Assembly: GCA_963920595.1 (NCBI GenBank)
Contig: OY986946.1
Coordinates: 1,116,001-1,180,000 of the forward strand
DNA from: Eimeria praecox
Taxonomy: Eukaryota
Reading direction: 5' to 3'
DNA length: 64,000 nt
Of the stretch, positions 1 through 12,900 are shown one piece after another. Every line of letters begins with the position of its first letter. Positions within the stretch are counted from its first letter, which is position 1. A model generated the notes under the pieces. It was given only the letters and a program-made list of their open reading frames with translations, was not told the origin of the DNA and ran no database searches. The translations under genes and the position numbers were made by a program.

Positions 1-1595
1 GAATCAGCAGCGGCGACTAGAACCACGGAAGTGCACAGGGCGGGGTAAAATTGAGCAGCGTAGTTTTGGTTATCTCTGTGCGTCGTTACGCACGCGCCTA
101 TAATCTCAGTGTCGTCCAGTTGCTCCATCTCGTAATGGCATTGCTGCCACTTTGTGGGGAGGGCGCGAGGATGTTTTGATGTTTCCCTGAGCGCTTTTAG
201 AAAACCAACAAGGTCCTCAAGTCCTTGATTGTCTTGCAGCTCTCAGCGGTCCGCAGCTATGGCGTAGGACCCTCGCCATGCAGCTGGCCTTCCTCCCAGT
301 CCCCTTGCGTCCGTCGCCCAGTGGCTCAAGGGTGTGGGGCTTGTGCGGAGGTGAATCAGCCTGCCTTGAGCTGCACTGCTGCAACTAATGCTCCAGGGTA
401 ACCCGACGAGCAAGCACAGTGCCCTTGCTGCATGCGCTAAATGTAACATGCTTTTCCTTATATTTGTGCTCGTATCCCAACATTTTCGCAGGCCCACTAT
501 GGAGGGCCAACCAAGTGTTTAACGACTGTCTGCACAACAGTTTGCAATGTCACCTCATGCAGCAAAAGGACCAGTTGTGCGTCTACGTAGGGCTGCCTTA
601 CAGCACTAGCTGCAGCATTGCCGCAGCCCGTGACAGATCTGCCCGTGCTCCCATTAGCCCAGGCCCTTGAGCCTCTGCGCCAAAGGCGGCGGGAGGCTCG
701 AGGGGGAGTTGATTGCTACTTGCGAACTCAACAATGCAGCCCATCGCAGTCCTCAGCAAAGATCGAGGGCTCTCGTCCCACTGAAATTGTAAAAAGTTCT
801 TAAGCACTCGCTTGGCACCCAACTGCACTCAACTGCAAGCTTGATACAAGTACCAGGTCTACGCACGCCATGGTTTAATAGCTAATGGAGAGATACCCAG
901 AAGCCTCCCATGGAGGTCACGACAGTAAACTCTTGCACGCCACTGTTGGGCAAGTGAGCACAGAAATGCACCAATATACAAGGGAATTAACTATAGTAAC
1001 TTTACAAACCAGTAGAGCATATTTCCTTCCGCACATTCCCTCGGCCCCAACACCGTGTTGCCACTCATCCGACCCGACCATTGCTTGTAGCCTTGACTTT
1101 CCCCGCCTTTATCCTCTCCGGTTGTTCCATTATTAAAGGACAAGCTTAAGTATTTTTGTTGGGAAGTGGAAAAATGAAAAATAGCGAAGGGCCTTGTTTC
1201 GGCTCGACCATTTGCCATGCATGTAGTGATGTGTCTGCTTAGCGGTTGAAGGGTCTGCATGTGTGCGTAATTTCGGCTAAAAAGATCGCACGCATTATGT
1301 TTACTTGGATTTTTAATATTGCGTACTAAATATGCTGCATACAGTATTTCGTGTGTACAAATACATACTTATGTCTGGCTGCTGCCGCCACATGGGCTTA
1401 AAATCTGAAATGCGTTGTATGATTGGTTGTTTGTTACAACACAAACAAGCTGCAGGAAATCGAGCAAGCTGTGCGTATAAAGATATTCGCTTCTTTTCGA
1501 ATGATATGCCCCAGCAATAATCAACGCGCCTTCTGCTGACTTTCCTCCATACCCGTTACTTTCTCCCGCGCTCGATCGCTACCTCCATATTTGCG

Positions 1596-4500
1596 ATGGA
1601 TGCTTCGGGCTTTCCAACGAGGACAGATTTCGACGAAAATGGGAAGAGCCCGTCGAGCAGATTGAGGCACAAGAGGCCCCTCTCGTCTATACTTCCTTCC
1701 GCACCCACATCGAGTGCTAGAACAAGTCCCCGAGTCACGCATCACCGATCCCGTGGAGAGAATGAGGGGACAACGAACGTCGTTAACTTCTCATCTGTAG
1801 CGTGTCCAGCACCAGCAGAAGCAGCAACAGCAACGATAGCACCCACGAATTCGTCAAGTTCCTCGTCAGCCCCTTGGGGTTTGTCTCTGAGCGAAGGTTT
1901 GGACTTTTGTAGGGATGGAGCTGCTCTCCTCCGGCAACTTTACCAGCGCATCGAGGCAACAGGCCAGCAGCTGGGTGCTGCCACTTCCCTCCCCACCTTT
2001 GATGCGAATGGCGATGTCAAAGGGGATGGAGTGAGAAATGCTGAGGGCGGCTGTGGAGAGGAGAAAGGGGAAGGCAGGCTAGTGGAGCACCAGCAGTTAC
2101 TCAAGGAGGAAATAGATGACTGTCTAGTTCAAATCCAGTAAGTGTAATTTCTTGACCCTGAGTTATAGGCATTTCGCGTTTCTTTGCAATCGGACCGGAA
2201 ACAGTCTGCATTAATTTTCCGACTTGACGCCGCAGGGAGCTACGCCGATTGTTGCTATTTGCGCTGTCCCTCATTAAGTCGAATCCAGTTCTTGAGGACA
2301 CTGCAAATGAGGTAAGAGCATACAAGCACAACCATTCGCCTATGGCAGCGGTCCAACGCAGCTCCATGCACTTGGTTGGCGCACCTTAGCTTCTTAGATA
2401 AATCCTATGTTATCTTCCTAGATAAATCCTATGTCAGCAGCTGGTTGCAGCATGTAAAATGTGGATTTTGTAGACGGGCGTGCAGTTTCTGTGTACCTTT
2501 TATCATTCGTCAGGCTGATGGGGGCCCACGGGGGGAAGCGGTGCTAAAGGCGATGAAGCTGTTTAGACTTGACTCAACAGCGGGTGAAAGTACCTGCAAC
2601 AATTGCTGCTTTTGTCGCTGCTGGCCGGGTGGTTGCTATCGAAGTGGTGTAGTGCTGCGTTCAATTCGCGTGTGAGTATGCGCCTTTGGTTGGCTTGTTG
2701 TTGCGTTGCATTTGATGTGGCCCAGACCTCTGCGCTGAGCCATTGGCTTCTTCTTTAGTGGGAGTGCTGAGTGGAGTTAGGCGGTTTATGTCTGCGTTGG
2801 CCAGCCGAATCCACACTTTGGAAAACAGGTGATCAGAGACACTGTAGAAGATAAAAGTTCAATGAAGTGCATTTGTGCACACAACAGTAAGCAGGAGGGG
2901 TGAACGGGAACGCAAGGTAGATTGCGCATAGCGCTGCGAAGCAGCTACGGCCCCGCTGTTGCCTGAAGCTCTCTGAATGTCATCTCGTTGTCTGGTCACA
3001 TGCCATTAATCCATTTTTATTCTTTGAAACCCTTCTGCGTCATTGCTGTGAACAGCGCCGCCGTATGGCTGACCCACGGGAGCGAAATCATCCCTTACTT
3101 GAAGCACTTACAAAACTCCCTCAAGGAACTACAGCAGCAAGAGGAAGAGACGACGGGAAGAGCGGAAGAAGTAAAGCAAAGAATCAATTTGAAAGTAAAG
3201 GAGAAGGAATCCGTAAGCGCCCCTTGTGTTTAGTCACTCTTCGGTTCACGAACACTTCGACAATTTATTTTAAGCTTCCATATTGGCAGCTACATCCTGT
3301 CTGTTATTGTCCGCCAGGTCCATTTCTGTTTAGAAAAAACTAAAGATGAATTCCGCCAGGCGAGACTCGACCTGACGAGAGAAGAGCTGGAAAAGATACC
3401 AGCCAAGGAGAGAATGACCCTACTTGAAACCAAGTAAGCTGCCGCAGCAGCAGCACTAGCAGCAGCAGAAGTGGCCGCAGCAGCAGGAAGGAAAACAATT
3501 AACACAATTGCAGCAAAGACAGCAGAGGATGCAGCAGCATTAGCCCTGGAAGTAGCAACAGAAGGAATGTAGGTAGACGCGTGGGGTAGAATTGCAACAG
3601 CGTGTGGTGTTGCTTTTGTTTATCCGGTGTCTCAGGCGAGAGACGCTCGACAGGGAGTTGAGAAGTCTTGCTGCATTCTCTCCCCTGTTTATTGTTGAAA
3701 GAGCCGCCAAGTACATCACCCTTCAATACAGGGTAAGGCAGTATGCTTACTGCATGCTTACTTAGGTTGGAGCATTTTAGACTTAGGAGGATTATTAGAT
3801 GTAGGTGAACAGTTTGCAGTCGTGTTGCGGTCCGGGAGTTGTCCACTTCGTCGAAGCAATTTCATAAAGTGGCATTTTGCTGTCTTCTCGAAGCCATGTA
3901 GGAATTTCGCGTTTTTGATTTGTTTGTTGTTTTTATTGCAGCCTGAAGGTTCGTCTATAGACTACGAGATTTCCATTGAAGGTCTCGACCTATCTTTTGC
4001 ACAGGGCGGTAGTCGTTTGTCTCGTTTTTTTTCTGTTCACGTCCAGCCCCCGAACGACCGCGTCCGTCGACTACTTGAAAGTGGAATTGGCGAACTTCTA
4101 CAAAAATTGTCAACGAAGCAGGCCCCCGCTCAGCAGGTGCGGGAACAGGCGAGAGGTTACCAAACAGCTGAGGGGAGTGCTGAAGCTGCAGGCGATAAAG
4201 TCGTCGAGTACATTGCCGCAATCCTCATAAAGGTGAGTTTGAAGCCCGTATCGCATTTGCAGTGCTTCACCCATTACCACGCTAACGAAAACAAGTCACA
4301 TTTTGACCTTTATGGATATTTCTGTGGATATGCAGACGCTGAGCTCGTCATTTACAACGCCCAATACTGCACCGCTGTATTTATCTGTTACCCGTGCCTG
4401 CCCATCAAGGGAAGCAGTTCAAACCAACTAACAAGCTTTGTTCGCAGTTGCACCCACGTAGCGTTCACAACGCTCCTCTGTAGGCGCTGCTGGGGTCAGG

Positions 4501-4835
4501 GTGCAGAGGGCATTTCGTTTTCATTCTTTGGCATTGATACAGATACGAGATAAAGATACGGGATTTCATTTTCTTAGCAATGGCAGCCTTACAGAAGCTT
4601 GCAGTGGGAAAGAACCAGCGCTGCTGCAGACAACTTCGTATTAGGCCTATTCAGCCGCTCCAAAAATCGAGATAGCTACAATTTCGGGAGGAAAGAGCAA
4701 CCAACCCTTGAAATTCTCTTAGCATGCACTTTGTCAGTTGCTGAATTACAGGACGAAAACTGTACGTACACCAGAGGGTACGGGGCAGCCAACAAATCCG
4801 TCTCAAGCTCAGCAAATGCCAGCTGCTTGAGATAG
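1596..4835 (+). CDS. Multi-exon hypothetical protein: disordered N-terminus, coiled coil, possible RWD-like C-terminal region; 3' end uncertain (could extend to ~5670)
   Basis: Phase-consistent GT-AG splicing joins 1596-2137, 2236-2311 (ELRRLLLFALSLIKSNP), short exons at ~2514-2830, ~3056-3213 (HLQNSLKELQQQEEETTGRAEEVKQRI), ~3318-3433, ~3636-3732 (RETLDRELRSLAAFSPLFIVERAAKYITLQYR) and ~3942-4231. No family recognised with confidence. Confidence 0.7.
2391..2438. repeat. Intronic 24-bp tandem duplication
   Basis: ttcttagataaatcctatgttatc followed by ttcctagataaatcctatgtcagc. Confidence 0.9.
3439..3487 (+). repeat. Degenerate (CAG)n tract in an intron
   Basis: gcagcagcagcactagcagcagcagaagtggccgcagcagcag; CAG-type repeats are characteristic of Eimeriidae. 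Confidence 0.8.
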
Positions 4836-6730
4836 GGGAACCTCGGTAATTTCCATCCAGCTTGTTTACTGTTGAGCGACAGGCTACGGCTATGGGATGC
4901 ATAACAATATGCAACGCCGCCGCAACGGCGGTGCTCCTTTGGCTTTTGCCTGTTTCTGGATTCATGTGTTCACCAGAGGTAACCAGGAACAAAGTTGGCT
5001 ATGCGGTCTTGCTATCAATAGCCATCTAAGATATGCCAGCGCTGCTGCAAGCCGGTCCAAACCGGTATGAGATATTCTAAGCAATATTTCCTTCAATCTG
5101 CACCGCTACGTGCAAACCCGAATGCATTCGCGCACTAGTAGGGTGCGAAGCAGGTAGATAAGCATACGACACGGCGAATATTTCCGATAGCTTTTAGTAC
5201 AAATTCATAATAGCATACCTGCAGACGGAACAAGGTCTTCTTGTGTCAGGTAGGAAGCATATTTTTATCGAATATCAACCAGAGGTGCAGACGGTTTCAG
5301 ATCACACATACTGTATGGAGTGCAGCTGTGACAACCCAACCACAGGTGCGCCTTTGTAACTCCCTTGAAATAGACTTCCTATTCATTCGTTAACCACAGG
5401 CTGCGGGTGGTGAGTTGGGTGTCTTGAAGCACTTGGGTACATAACAGGGTTTACAGGGGCTGTAGGTTAGCTTACGGCGCTGGAAGGATTCAATGTACCT
5501 CCTGTCAGTTTCTGCGGGCTGTAACTAGTAAGATTCACATCTAAACCAAAAGCATAATGCGCTTTTTTTCTTTTTCATGGAAGATAACACAGGAAGACTG
5601 CCAGGGGCTGAGGTGTCGGGCTGCGGCACTGTGGCTCTCAACGGCGAAGTGGTTTATAACAATAGTCTGAGTAAGACGTCCAACTTTCTTTTGTTGCTCT
5701 TCATCTCTTAAGAACCTTATTCATTTTAACGTGCATTGAAGCTTTCACAGGTGTCCACTAGCAGCATGCAAGCGAGCAAAGCCTTTTATTACTATGTTTC
5801 CAGTTTGTGGCAATGTGTAGCTGCGGCCCTAGAGGAAACATTTCCCGATGTGATGACCTCTTTTCCTGGAAAATTATGAACTATTCGTGTCAGCAGACGC
5901 ACTGAGGTAGAAGACGTGTGTGCGCAGTGCTGTGGCAGACGCAGATTTGAACTGCATAAGAGAAAACCGAATTCTGCTTTGCCATTTAATATGAGTTCCA
6001 AGTCTGAATTCTGAAGAAGGCTGAACAAATGCTCACACCTTCGTTTTAGTCAGGCGCTGAATCTCGTTGCCGAACAGCACACTTAAGTTGTCCGTTCAGG
6101 TGCATGTAAAAAGTATAAAGAGTCAAGGTTACCCTAATGCTTCCTGCATCCTGCATCATTTTTCAGAGAAACGTTTTGCACACGTCAAAGGATTCCCAAT
6201 TTTAGCACGGGAGGCCGTAACAAAAGAGCAGAGTCCACCCCTTTCCGGAGGCCTTGTCCCCTTTTACGCCCTACCTTATATCTGTATTTGGTGTTATACT
6301 GCCTGAATAGCCGCAAATCGGGGCTTAAGGTGGTGGAAACTGCTTAGATCTACGCTGGGCCATCTCTGCACTTGCTTGGCTCACAAACAGTTTGAAGAGA
6401 GGACTTGGATCTTGCACTTCGAAGGACTGAACACCTGTAATTTTTGGATTTAATTTGGAAGAAAGCAATTCCCCCCCCAAATATTCCCTTTTTCTATCTC
6501 TTAGTTTTTTTCTGCATCTTGCTTGGCTGCAAGTGACCCTCCAGCCACTCGCACGCAAGCTACGGAGCCAGCATCGAACCAGCTCATTTGTGGCTGAGAG
6601 TTCCATCTCCCCTGTCCTCTGGCCCTAATCTTTATATTCTCGTCTGTTTTTAAAGCCACTTACTCTTAAAATCAATAGCCCGAAGCACACAGCCTGCATC
6701 GTTTTCCCGCCTGGGCCTGCATACTTGAAA

Positions 6731-9191
6731 ATGAACGTCAGCACCGCAGATCTAAGTTGGCTTCCCGGCGATGCCGACGGTAGGCCATAACAAATAACTT
6801 TTTTCTCGACTTTAAATACACCCCCTGTCATACAATATCCATATATTTGGGGAATCCGTAGCTTGAACAGTCGAAGGCCCCTGTAGCTAGAAACTTGGGC
6901 TTTGCACAGACAGCAGCAGGCCTGAAGAGTTTTATGGTAGAGACCCTCTCGCACTACGCCAGACCCTAATGCCCTGTTGTCAAGCATTACCTTATTAGAG
7001 TTGTGTTCTTTTTGAGGCAATTGCTTGGGGTGGCCTGTGGCAAAGAGCTAGATCTTCCTTGGGCCTTTTACGAGACTTGCAAGGAGCTCAAGCGCACCCA
7101 ATGCAGCCAAATCTAGCAGTTTTCTCCATCATAAAGGAGCATATTTCTCAAATACCCACATATTGAAGTTTATGGGGAGAATACGGAAGGGTCATTCCAG
7201 TTTTACGCGGGAAACTTTATGTGCCTTACGCGTTTTACAGAGCAGCTTGCGCTCGGGTTGCGCATCGTCTCAAACTCCTACAAGAGCCGAGTGCAGACTT
7301 CTGAAACAGAAATAAGGCAGCTAAAGGGCCAGCTTGCTGAGCGAGGGGAACAGGTGAGCAAGGGGCAAAAAATAGGCTTGTTTTCCGCTTGCGTGCAGAG
7401 GCGGATAAAACGATGCTGATATGAATAAGATCCCTTGAATACAAGCATATTCATAAAGAACTTGTCCTGTGGTATTTTCCTCTGCAGGTGTCACTCTTGC
7501 AGAAAAAGTGCAGTGCCTTGGAAGTTCAGCTAATTGAACAAACACAACGTGGGAATCAACTGGTAGAGGAGAACAAGCAGCTGCTAGCGACGACTCGTAA
7601 GGTAAGCATGCAAGAAACAGCTAAGTGCTACATCCCCTTCATTCTGCAAATTGTGGCTTCCTCCAAAAGCGGAAAAGCGAAAACTTGAGTGTCTGAGACC
7701 TATGTTTATGTTTCGTACAGCTGCAAAAGGACATTCAACGCCTGGAAAACCTCAAGAAAGCGGTGCTCACTTCAATTCAAGAAGATCGCCCAGAAGCTGA
7801 TGACTCGAGTCCAGTAGGTCTACGTCAATTTCTCCGTCAAATCTAAGTCCCTATCCACTTCAAGGGCTTCTCCGCACTCGCTGCCGCAGCATCTGTGCAG
7901 TTCCGCTGAACAGCAAAAGGAATTTCACCGGCTGTGTCACTAAAGTGTATGAGCAAACCGGCGGGCTTCCATGGCCTGAAAAGGATATGTTTTGTTGGAC
8001 AATCCCAAAGTATATATGTATGTGATCTATTTGTGCCGATGCAGAGGAGGAATTGGTACATGCCATTAATTTGGTTTCGTGCGTTGTTATGCTTCAGTTC
8101 GCCGCAGCAGATGCCACTTTTCAGATGACCGCAAGAAGGACTGTCGCTGGTCAGGCTAGCTCACCCCCAAACAGTACGAATTAATGAAAATAGAAAGCAC
8201 CCAATTTTTTTCTTTGCACGAACTAACGACCCTTCCATTTGCAAGCATCAAAAGTCAAGATTTGTTTATTTCTGCAGAGCTCGGGTCTATGGAGGATACA
8301 GGCCTTAAAGGCATGAGGCTTGATTTCCGTCGAGGAGGTCCCAACAACGGAACTGTGTGAGGCAGACAAATTAATTAGGCAGCTACTGAAGACTGAGCCC
8401 CGTGCACCCCATGATAAGGTCCTAGGGGGGCGGGATTTTACTTAGCGCAAACCTAGTTCTCTTTCACTCAAAACCAGGCAGTTCCATTCCCCTTCCTGTT
8501 CGAAGGCTCTAGAGAAACTAGCAGTCGCACGCATCAGAAGATGGCTTACACTGCCCTAAGAATTTCAGGAGAGAAACTAGCAGTCGCACGCATTAGAGAG
8601 GGGCTTACACTGCCGTAAGAATTTCAGGTGTGCAATGTGTTTATTGCTTCTGTCTGCTCTTTCTTCGCTGCAGTCTAACAACGCATGATGACCCATCTGC
8701 CAACGCCGACGGCCGTGCGTTCTTCAGGTAAGAAAAATACAACAGCAGCAATATCAAGGCGCTCGTACGTTAAGCACGAAATTTCTAATAGTATCGTCAC
8801 AAAGTGCACGTGCAACTGCGACCTTGTTACTGCCTCAGAGCCGCCCGCAGTCGACTTTCTTTCGAAACCTTCAATGCCTTCCTGGCCAGCATAAAGAGAC
8901 TGAACAATCAACAGCAAGACAGAGAGGAAACCCTTAAAACCGCTGAGCGCCTTTTTGGTGAGTCAGCTTTCCTATTTCAAAGTTGCTCTAGTTACGGAAG
9001 CCACAGCAAGCACAGCGAAACAGATGAACACACGGAAATGCGACACCAAAGGACATAGTGCGCCTAGCTGACGCAAGTGAAATCGCCGCTCATTTCGAAA
9101 CGTGCTAACTTTCGCGTAACCGCTGCGAGCAGGAGAGGCAAACGCTGACCTATTTGAAGACTTCAAGGCTCTTCTGACTCGACATGCTTAA
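6731..9191 (+). CDS. At4g15545/NAIP-like coiled-coil protein (9 exons, 243 aa)
   Basis: Exons 6731-6779, 7241-7353, 7488-7601, 7721-7813, 8098-8149, 8278-8356, 8674-8727, 8839-8957 and 9133-9191 total 732 nt and stay in frame. The N-terminal LPGDADEQLALGLRI...RKLQKDIQRLENLKKAVLTSIQED and C-terminal DGRAFFRAARSRLSFETFNAFLASIKRLNNQQQDREETLKTAERLFGEANADLFEDFKALLTR match the two conserved blocks of the plant At4g15545 family as I recall them. Confidence 0.85.
8511..8628. repeat. 59-bp tandem duplication in intron 6 of the At4g15545-like gene
   Basis: 8511-8569 agagaaactagcagtcgcacgcatcagaagatggcttacactgccctaagaatttcagg versus 8570-8628 agagaaactagcagtcgcacgcattagagaggggcttacactgccgtaagaatttcagg. 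Confidence 0.95.
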
Positions 9192-9202
9192 ATGCCTGTA
9201 CC

Positions 9203-9205
<3 letters not shown>

Positions 9206-9252
<47 letters not shown>
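9206..9252. repeat. (AT)n microsatellite
   Basis: Pure AT dinucleotide run about 15 bp after the stop codon at 9191. Confidence 0.97.
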
Positions 9253-9255
<3 letters not shown>

Positions 9256-9730
9256 ATTTATTTATCCTATACCCGATATATGGGGGAGGAGAGCTCGAAG
9301 GGATCTCGCACCAGCACCGATGTGCTTGAGGTTCTAGAAACGGCAGGTCTGGGACTTTTTTTCAACGCTATACTAAGAAATTTATTTTTCGTCTTGTGGT
9401 AGGCAGAAGTTAAACAATATAGTGCTTACACTACTGTTTTTACAGTGCCATACTTCAAGCCTCGGCGCCAATGCTATGCTCCAAATGAGGTGCCGCTCGT
9501 TTGTCTTAGCACTTCGCCTTTCGCGCTTCACTTGGGCTGCAGTTGTGGTGCCCAGACATTAGGCTGCCACTCTATTACTTCTTTTGCTAAGGTGAACTGA
9601 ATGACACTAAAACGGAGGCAAGTGCTACAATGTGAGCAGTCGCGCGACGCTGGAGACAAGTTCAGTGCAACGCAATCAAAAGGAGACGCCGGTTTAGTGG
9701 GAAATAATCTGCATGCATATAATGTATATG

Positions 9731-9732
<2 letters not shown>

Positions 9733-9765
<33 letters not shown>
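9733..9765. repeat. (AT)n microsatellite
   Basis: Pure AT dinucleotide run about 160 bp downstream of the LSG1 stop codon. Confidence 0.97.
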
Positions 9766-9768
<3 letters not shown>

Positions 9769-9927
9769 TCTGCACAAAACCATTTATGTCTGGTTGCTTT
9801 GAGCCAGCGTGTCAAAATATCACCTTGCGCATTACATACACTTTCTCTAACGAACGGGTCAAGGTATATCTGCTCAAGGGCATTGCGTCGCTCGATGTGC
9901 ATGATAATAAATACATGCAAGCATAGG

Positions 9928-12900
9928 TCAGAGACGGTGGGGGAGCCCTCCCTGCGTACTTTTTCCTTTTCCCTTCAACATCTGCTTTTGTAGTTGTCGA
10001 GCCTTACGCTTGGTCAGTACACACGGAAGGTTGCCTCCAACTGCCTGCAAACAGGAAACAGCACGCTGAATCGTAGTGCTAAAATGCCCTTTCCCTACCT
10101 GCACACCAACTGCACGGCCTATTTATTCGCGTGCATTATTCTAGCAGTTCTCTGAGCTTACCTGCGGATCCCCTCCACCTTCAAGTACCTCCAGCAGATC
10201 TGCGTCCTGTTCAAGTTCTTGTAAAACATCCATCGGATTCATCTTGGGACGCTGACACCTGTCGTTGCCTGGTATATTCTTAAGGCTACTTGCTGGAGCT
10301 GAGCCAGGGACTACCTTTGAAGCACCTGCTTCTACGATGCGCGTTTCTACGGAGCTGCTAACTGCCGACAGAAATCCATCTATATTGGCAGTCTCTTCGT
10401 CTTCGCCGTAAACAGTCCCCTTGGGCAAATGGCATCTCCGGAGTCGACCGGTCGTGAAGTCTCTTAAAATCAGCTTTGCCGCACGGTATATATCCAGCTG
10501 CCCTCCCTTACCTCCGGAAACAAAGTGACGATGAGCAGCTACTGCCTCTAGCACGTGCAAAGCCTCGATGCGGGTAAGACGCCCTGCAGGACCATCCGTT
10601 TTTCGGTGGCCCACTTTCCCCGCGCTATACTGAGAACCCTTGCATGCGGCACGGTAGGCGTCTGCTGTTATCCCCAAGTGCCGAATTAAAGTGTACGGGA
10701 TTGCGTCGCATATCAACTGCACGGACGGGAGATAGTCCCCTCTGACATGGACAAAACGCAACAAAGCAGGCAGATAGCATGCAAGAATAAGAGCTGAAAA
10801 AAGATAAACTGACAAAGCCTTGAAGGACGTAATATACACAGTTGCCTCTCCTACTCTGCACGCGCATGCTTGCCCCTGTATGCAACAATATGTTTGTGCC
10901 GGTGATAACATATGCCTAGATCTTCCAGAGTAAGAATGGGATGAGTGCACATAGTAGCACAAGAGAAAGCGGGGAAAGAACAGAAGAAAGCGTAGCTAAT
11001 GTGCCTGCCTAACCGCATCTCGTCGATGGGAACGACCCCATTCAACACAAGGATGTGCTTAGATGCCACTGCCTTTGGGAAGACGAGGCCTACAAACGCA
11101 GCCGCATGACAGAATCCCTTAAGAGTATTATATTAGGAAAGGCAAATGAAAGACTGCAACTGTTGGATAAAACCTTATTAGATGCTCACAGGCGGCAGCA
11201 TTCACCTGGACAGTCGCAGAGTGTGATGCCTCTACCCTTAAGGGGAATCGTTTGTAGCCTGCGGGTTTTGCCCGGTTGCTGCGAGACGGAAACTTTCTTC
11301 ATGCTCAACAGCGCATTTATCAAAGAGCTCTTGCCCACATTAGGGTAGCCAACAGTCCCAACTACAAAATCCTTTGAAGGCTCTGTATCTCCATCTACGC
11401 GTCGTTTCGAGAAGAACTCATCCCGATACTTTAACAGCAGCTTCACCAGCATGTCACAATTAATAACATCACTGTGGACATCTACTGCATTTCCCCCCCT
11501 TGGATCGTGAGCAACCGACGCTAGCTCCGGCGTTGCTTCATCTGTACTTTGTAATAAATCCGCGTCGTCTCTCTTAAGTGTCTCCGTTTCCTTATCGCTG
11601 CGCTCGTTGCCTCGAAACTGCCCCTGAGCTGTTTGTTCGCACTGCTCGAGTTCACGAAGAGCCGAAAAGAAAACGGCCTCCACCCCATTTTCTGCGAAGT
11701 ATTGCGACCATTCCGCCCGCACCACTGGTGGCAACAGATCTGACTTGTTAATGACCAAAATAACCTGAGAAGCCAAGAGGTCACAAACACGCTTCTGCTT
11801 CCTAAAAATGAGCGCCGCTGCCTCGCCGCTGCCTCAGCGTTTCGGGATTCGGACAACCGCTGCTGAATGCAAAGTCGCTATGAGCAAGTGTTGGTTGCTT
11901 ATAAACGTGAAAATAAGACATACTCGCTTGTCAGCAGAGACTTCCTTGACATATTTTTCGAGGTCCCTGCACCGGAAGAACAAAGGAGACCTTCCGTCAA
12001 CGATTTGCAGGATTAAATTTGAGCGCTCAATAACACGCCACAGCTGCCTCCACACCTCGATATTTTTTTCGAATGGAGTTAGTAAGACACCTTCGTCTTC
12101 CATGCTCGCAAGCATTCGCCTCCACTTCAGAAACCCATCTAACTCGAGTTCATCCAACTCTTCAGCGGTTTTCGGGAATCGGGGCTCAGTCGGATGAGGA
12201 GATGGAGGTGCAGTATCTTCACCTTCGGATGTCACAGAGCCGCTGAAGGACGCATGTAAACCGTTAGATGAGTTATCGCTGTCCCCATGGGCTGCAGAGT
12301 CGCTGGAACTTCCTTCCTCCAGCTCGCTCCCCTCCGCTTCACTAGCAGTCGCTGCTGAGTCGGCCTCCCACTGATCCTCTTCGTCGGTATTCGTATCACC
12401 ATCTCCAAGGTTAACTGCCGGAACACCAGTACGCGTTGTCTGCCGAATTCGTCGTTTACTGGATTTGGCCTCCCTTGCCTTCTGAAACCGACGATGAAGT
12501 TCATCCCTTTGCTGCCGCACAAATTGAACGTTTTGCACGGTGGCTTCCTCTACCTTTCCTGACAAGAGCAGGTTAACTCGCGCCCTGTTTCTTCTCCTAC
12601 GGTTCCTCGTCGCTTGGCTGACGCCTCCCGTTGCGTGGTCTTTGCTGTCTTCCTTTTTGCACTCCTCCGCCATCTGTCTTGAGAACAAAACCGGCCGCCG
12701 AGGGATGGGTACGTCGGTCCCCTCTATGATGAAGTCTGCTCTTTCTGCAGTGCCTTCAGTCCGTTTCTTCGGCACTAACACAGAAGTTGTTGGCTCCTGC
12801 AGAAGGCGCGTCGCGTACCTGTCGACTAAAAAAGTGTCCTGTGCTGCTAGAGATGTGGCGATGTACTCGTCCAGTCCGCTGCGCTCTATGATGGATCGTA

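Noticed and set aside
3..497. Minus-strand frame stays open for 80 codons after an in-frame TGA at 243-245 (ELQDNQGLEDLVGFLKAL...), suggesting selenocysteine readthrough
   Set aside because: No CxxU or redox context, no recognisable selenoprotein, and no SECIS visible in the window. More likely an exon of a neighbouring gene or chance.
8511..8628. Tandem repeat considered as a CRISPR-like array
   Set aside because: Only two adjacent units with no spacers, inside a eukaryotic intron, and no cas genes.
9184..9993. ORFs with IYIYIY runs (9184-9402, 9528-9920, 9601-9993)
   Set aside because: Translations of AT microsatellites. LSG1 terminates at 9928 in a different frame.
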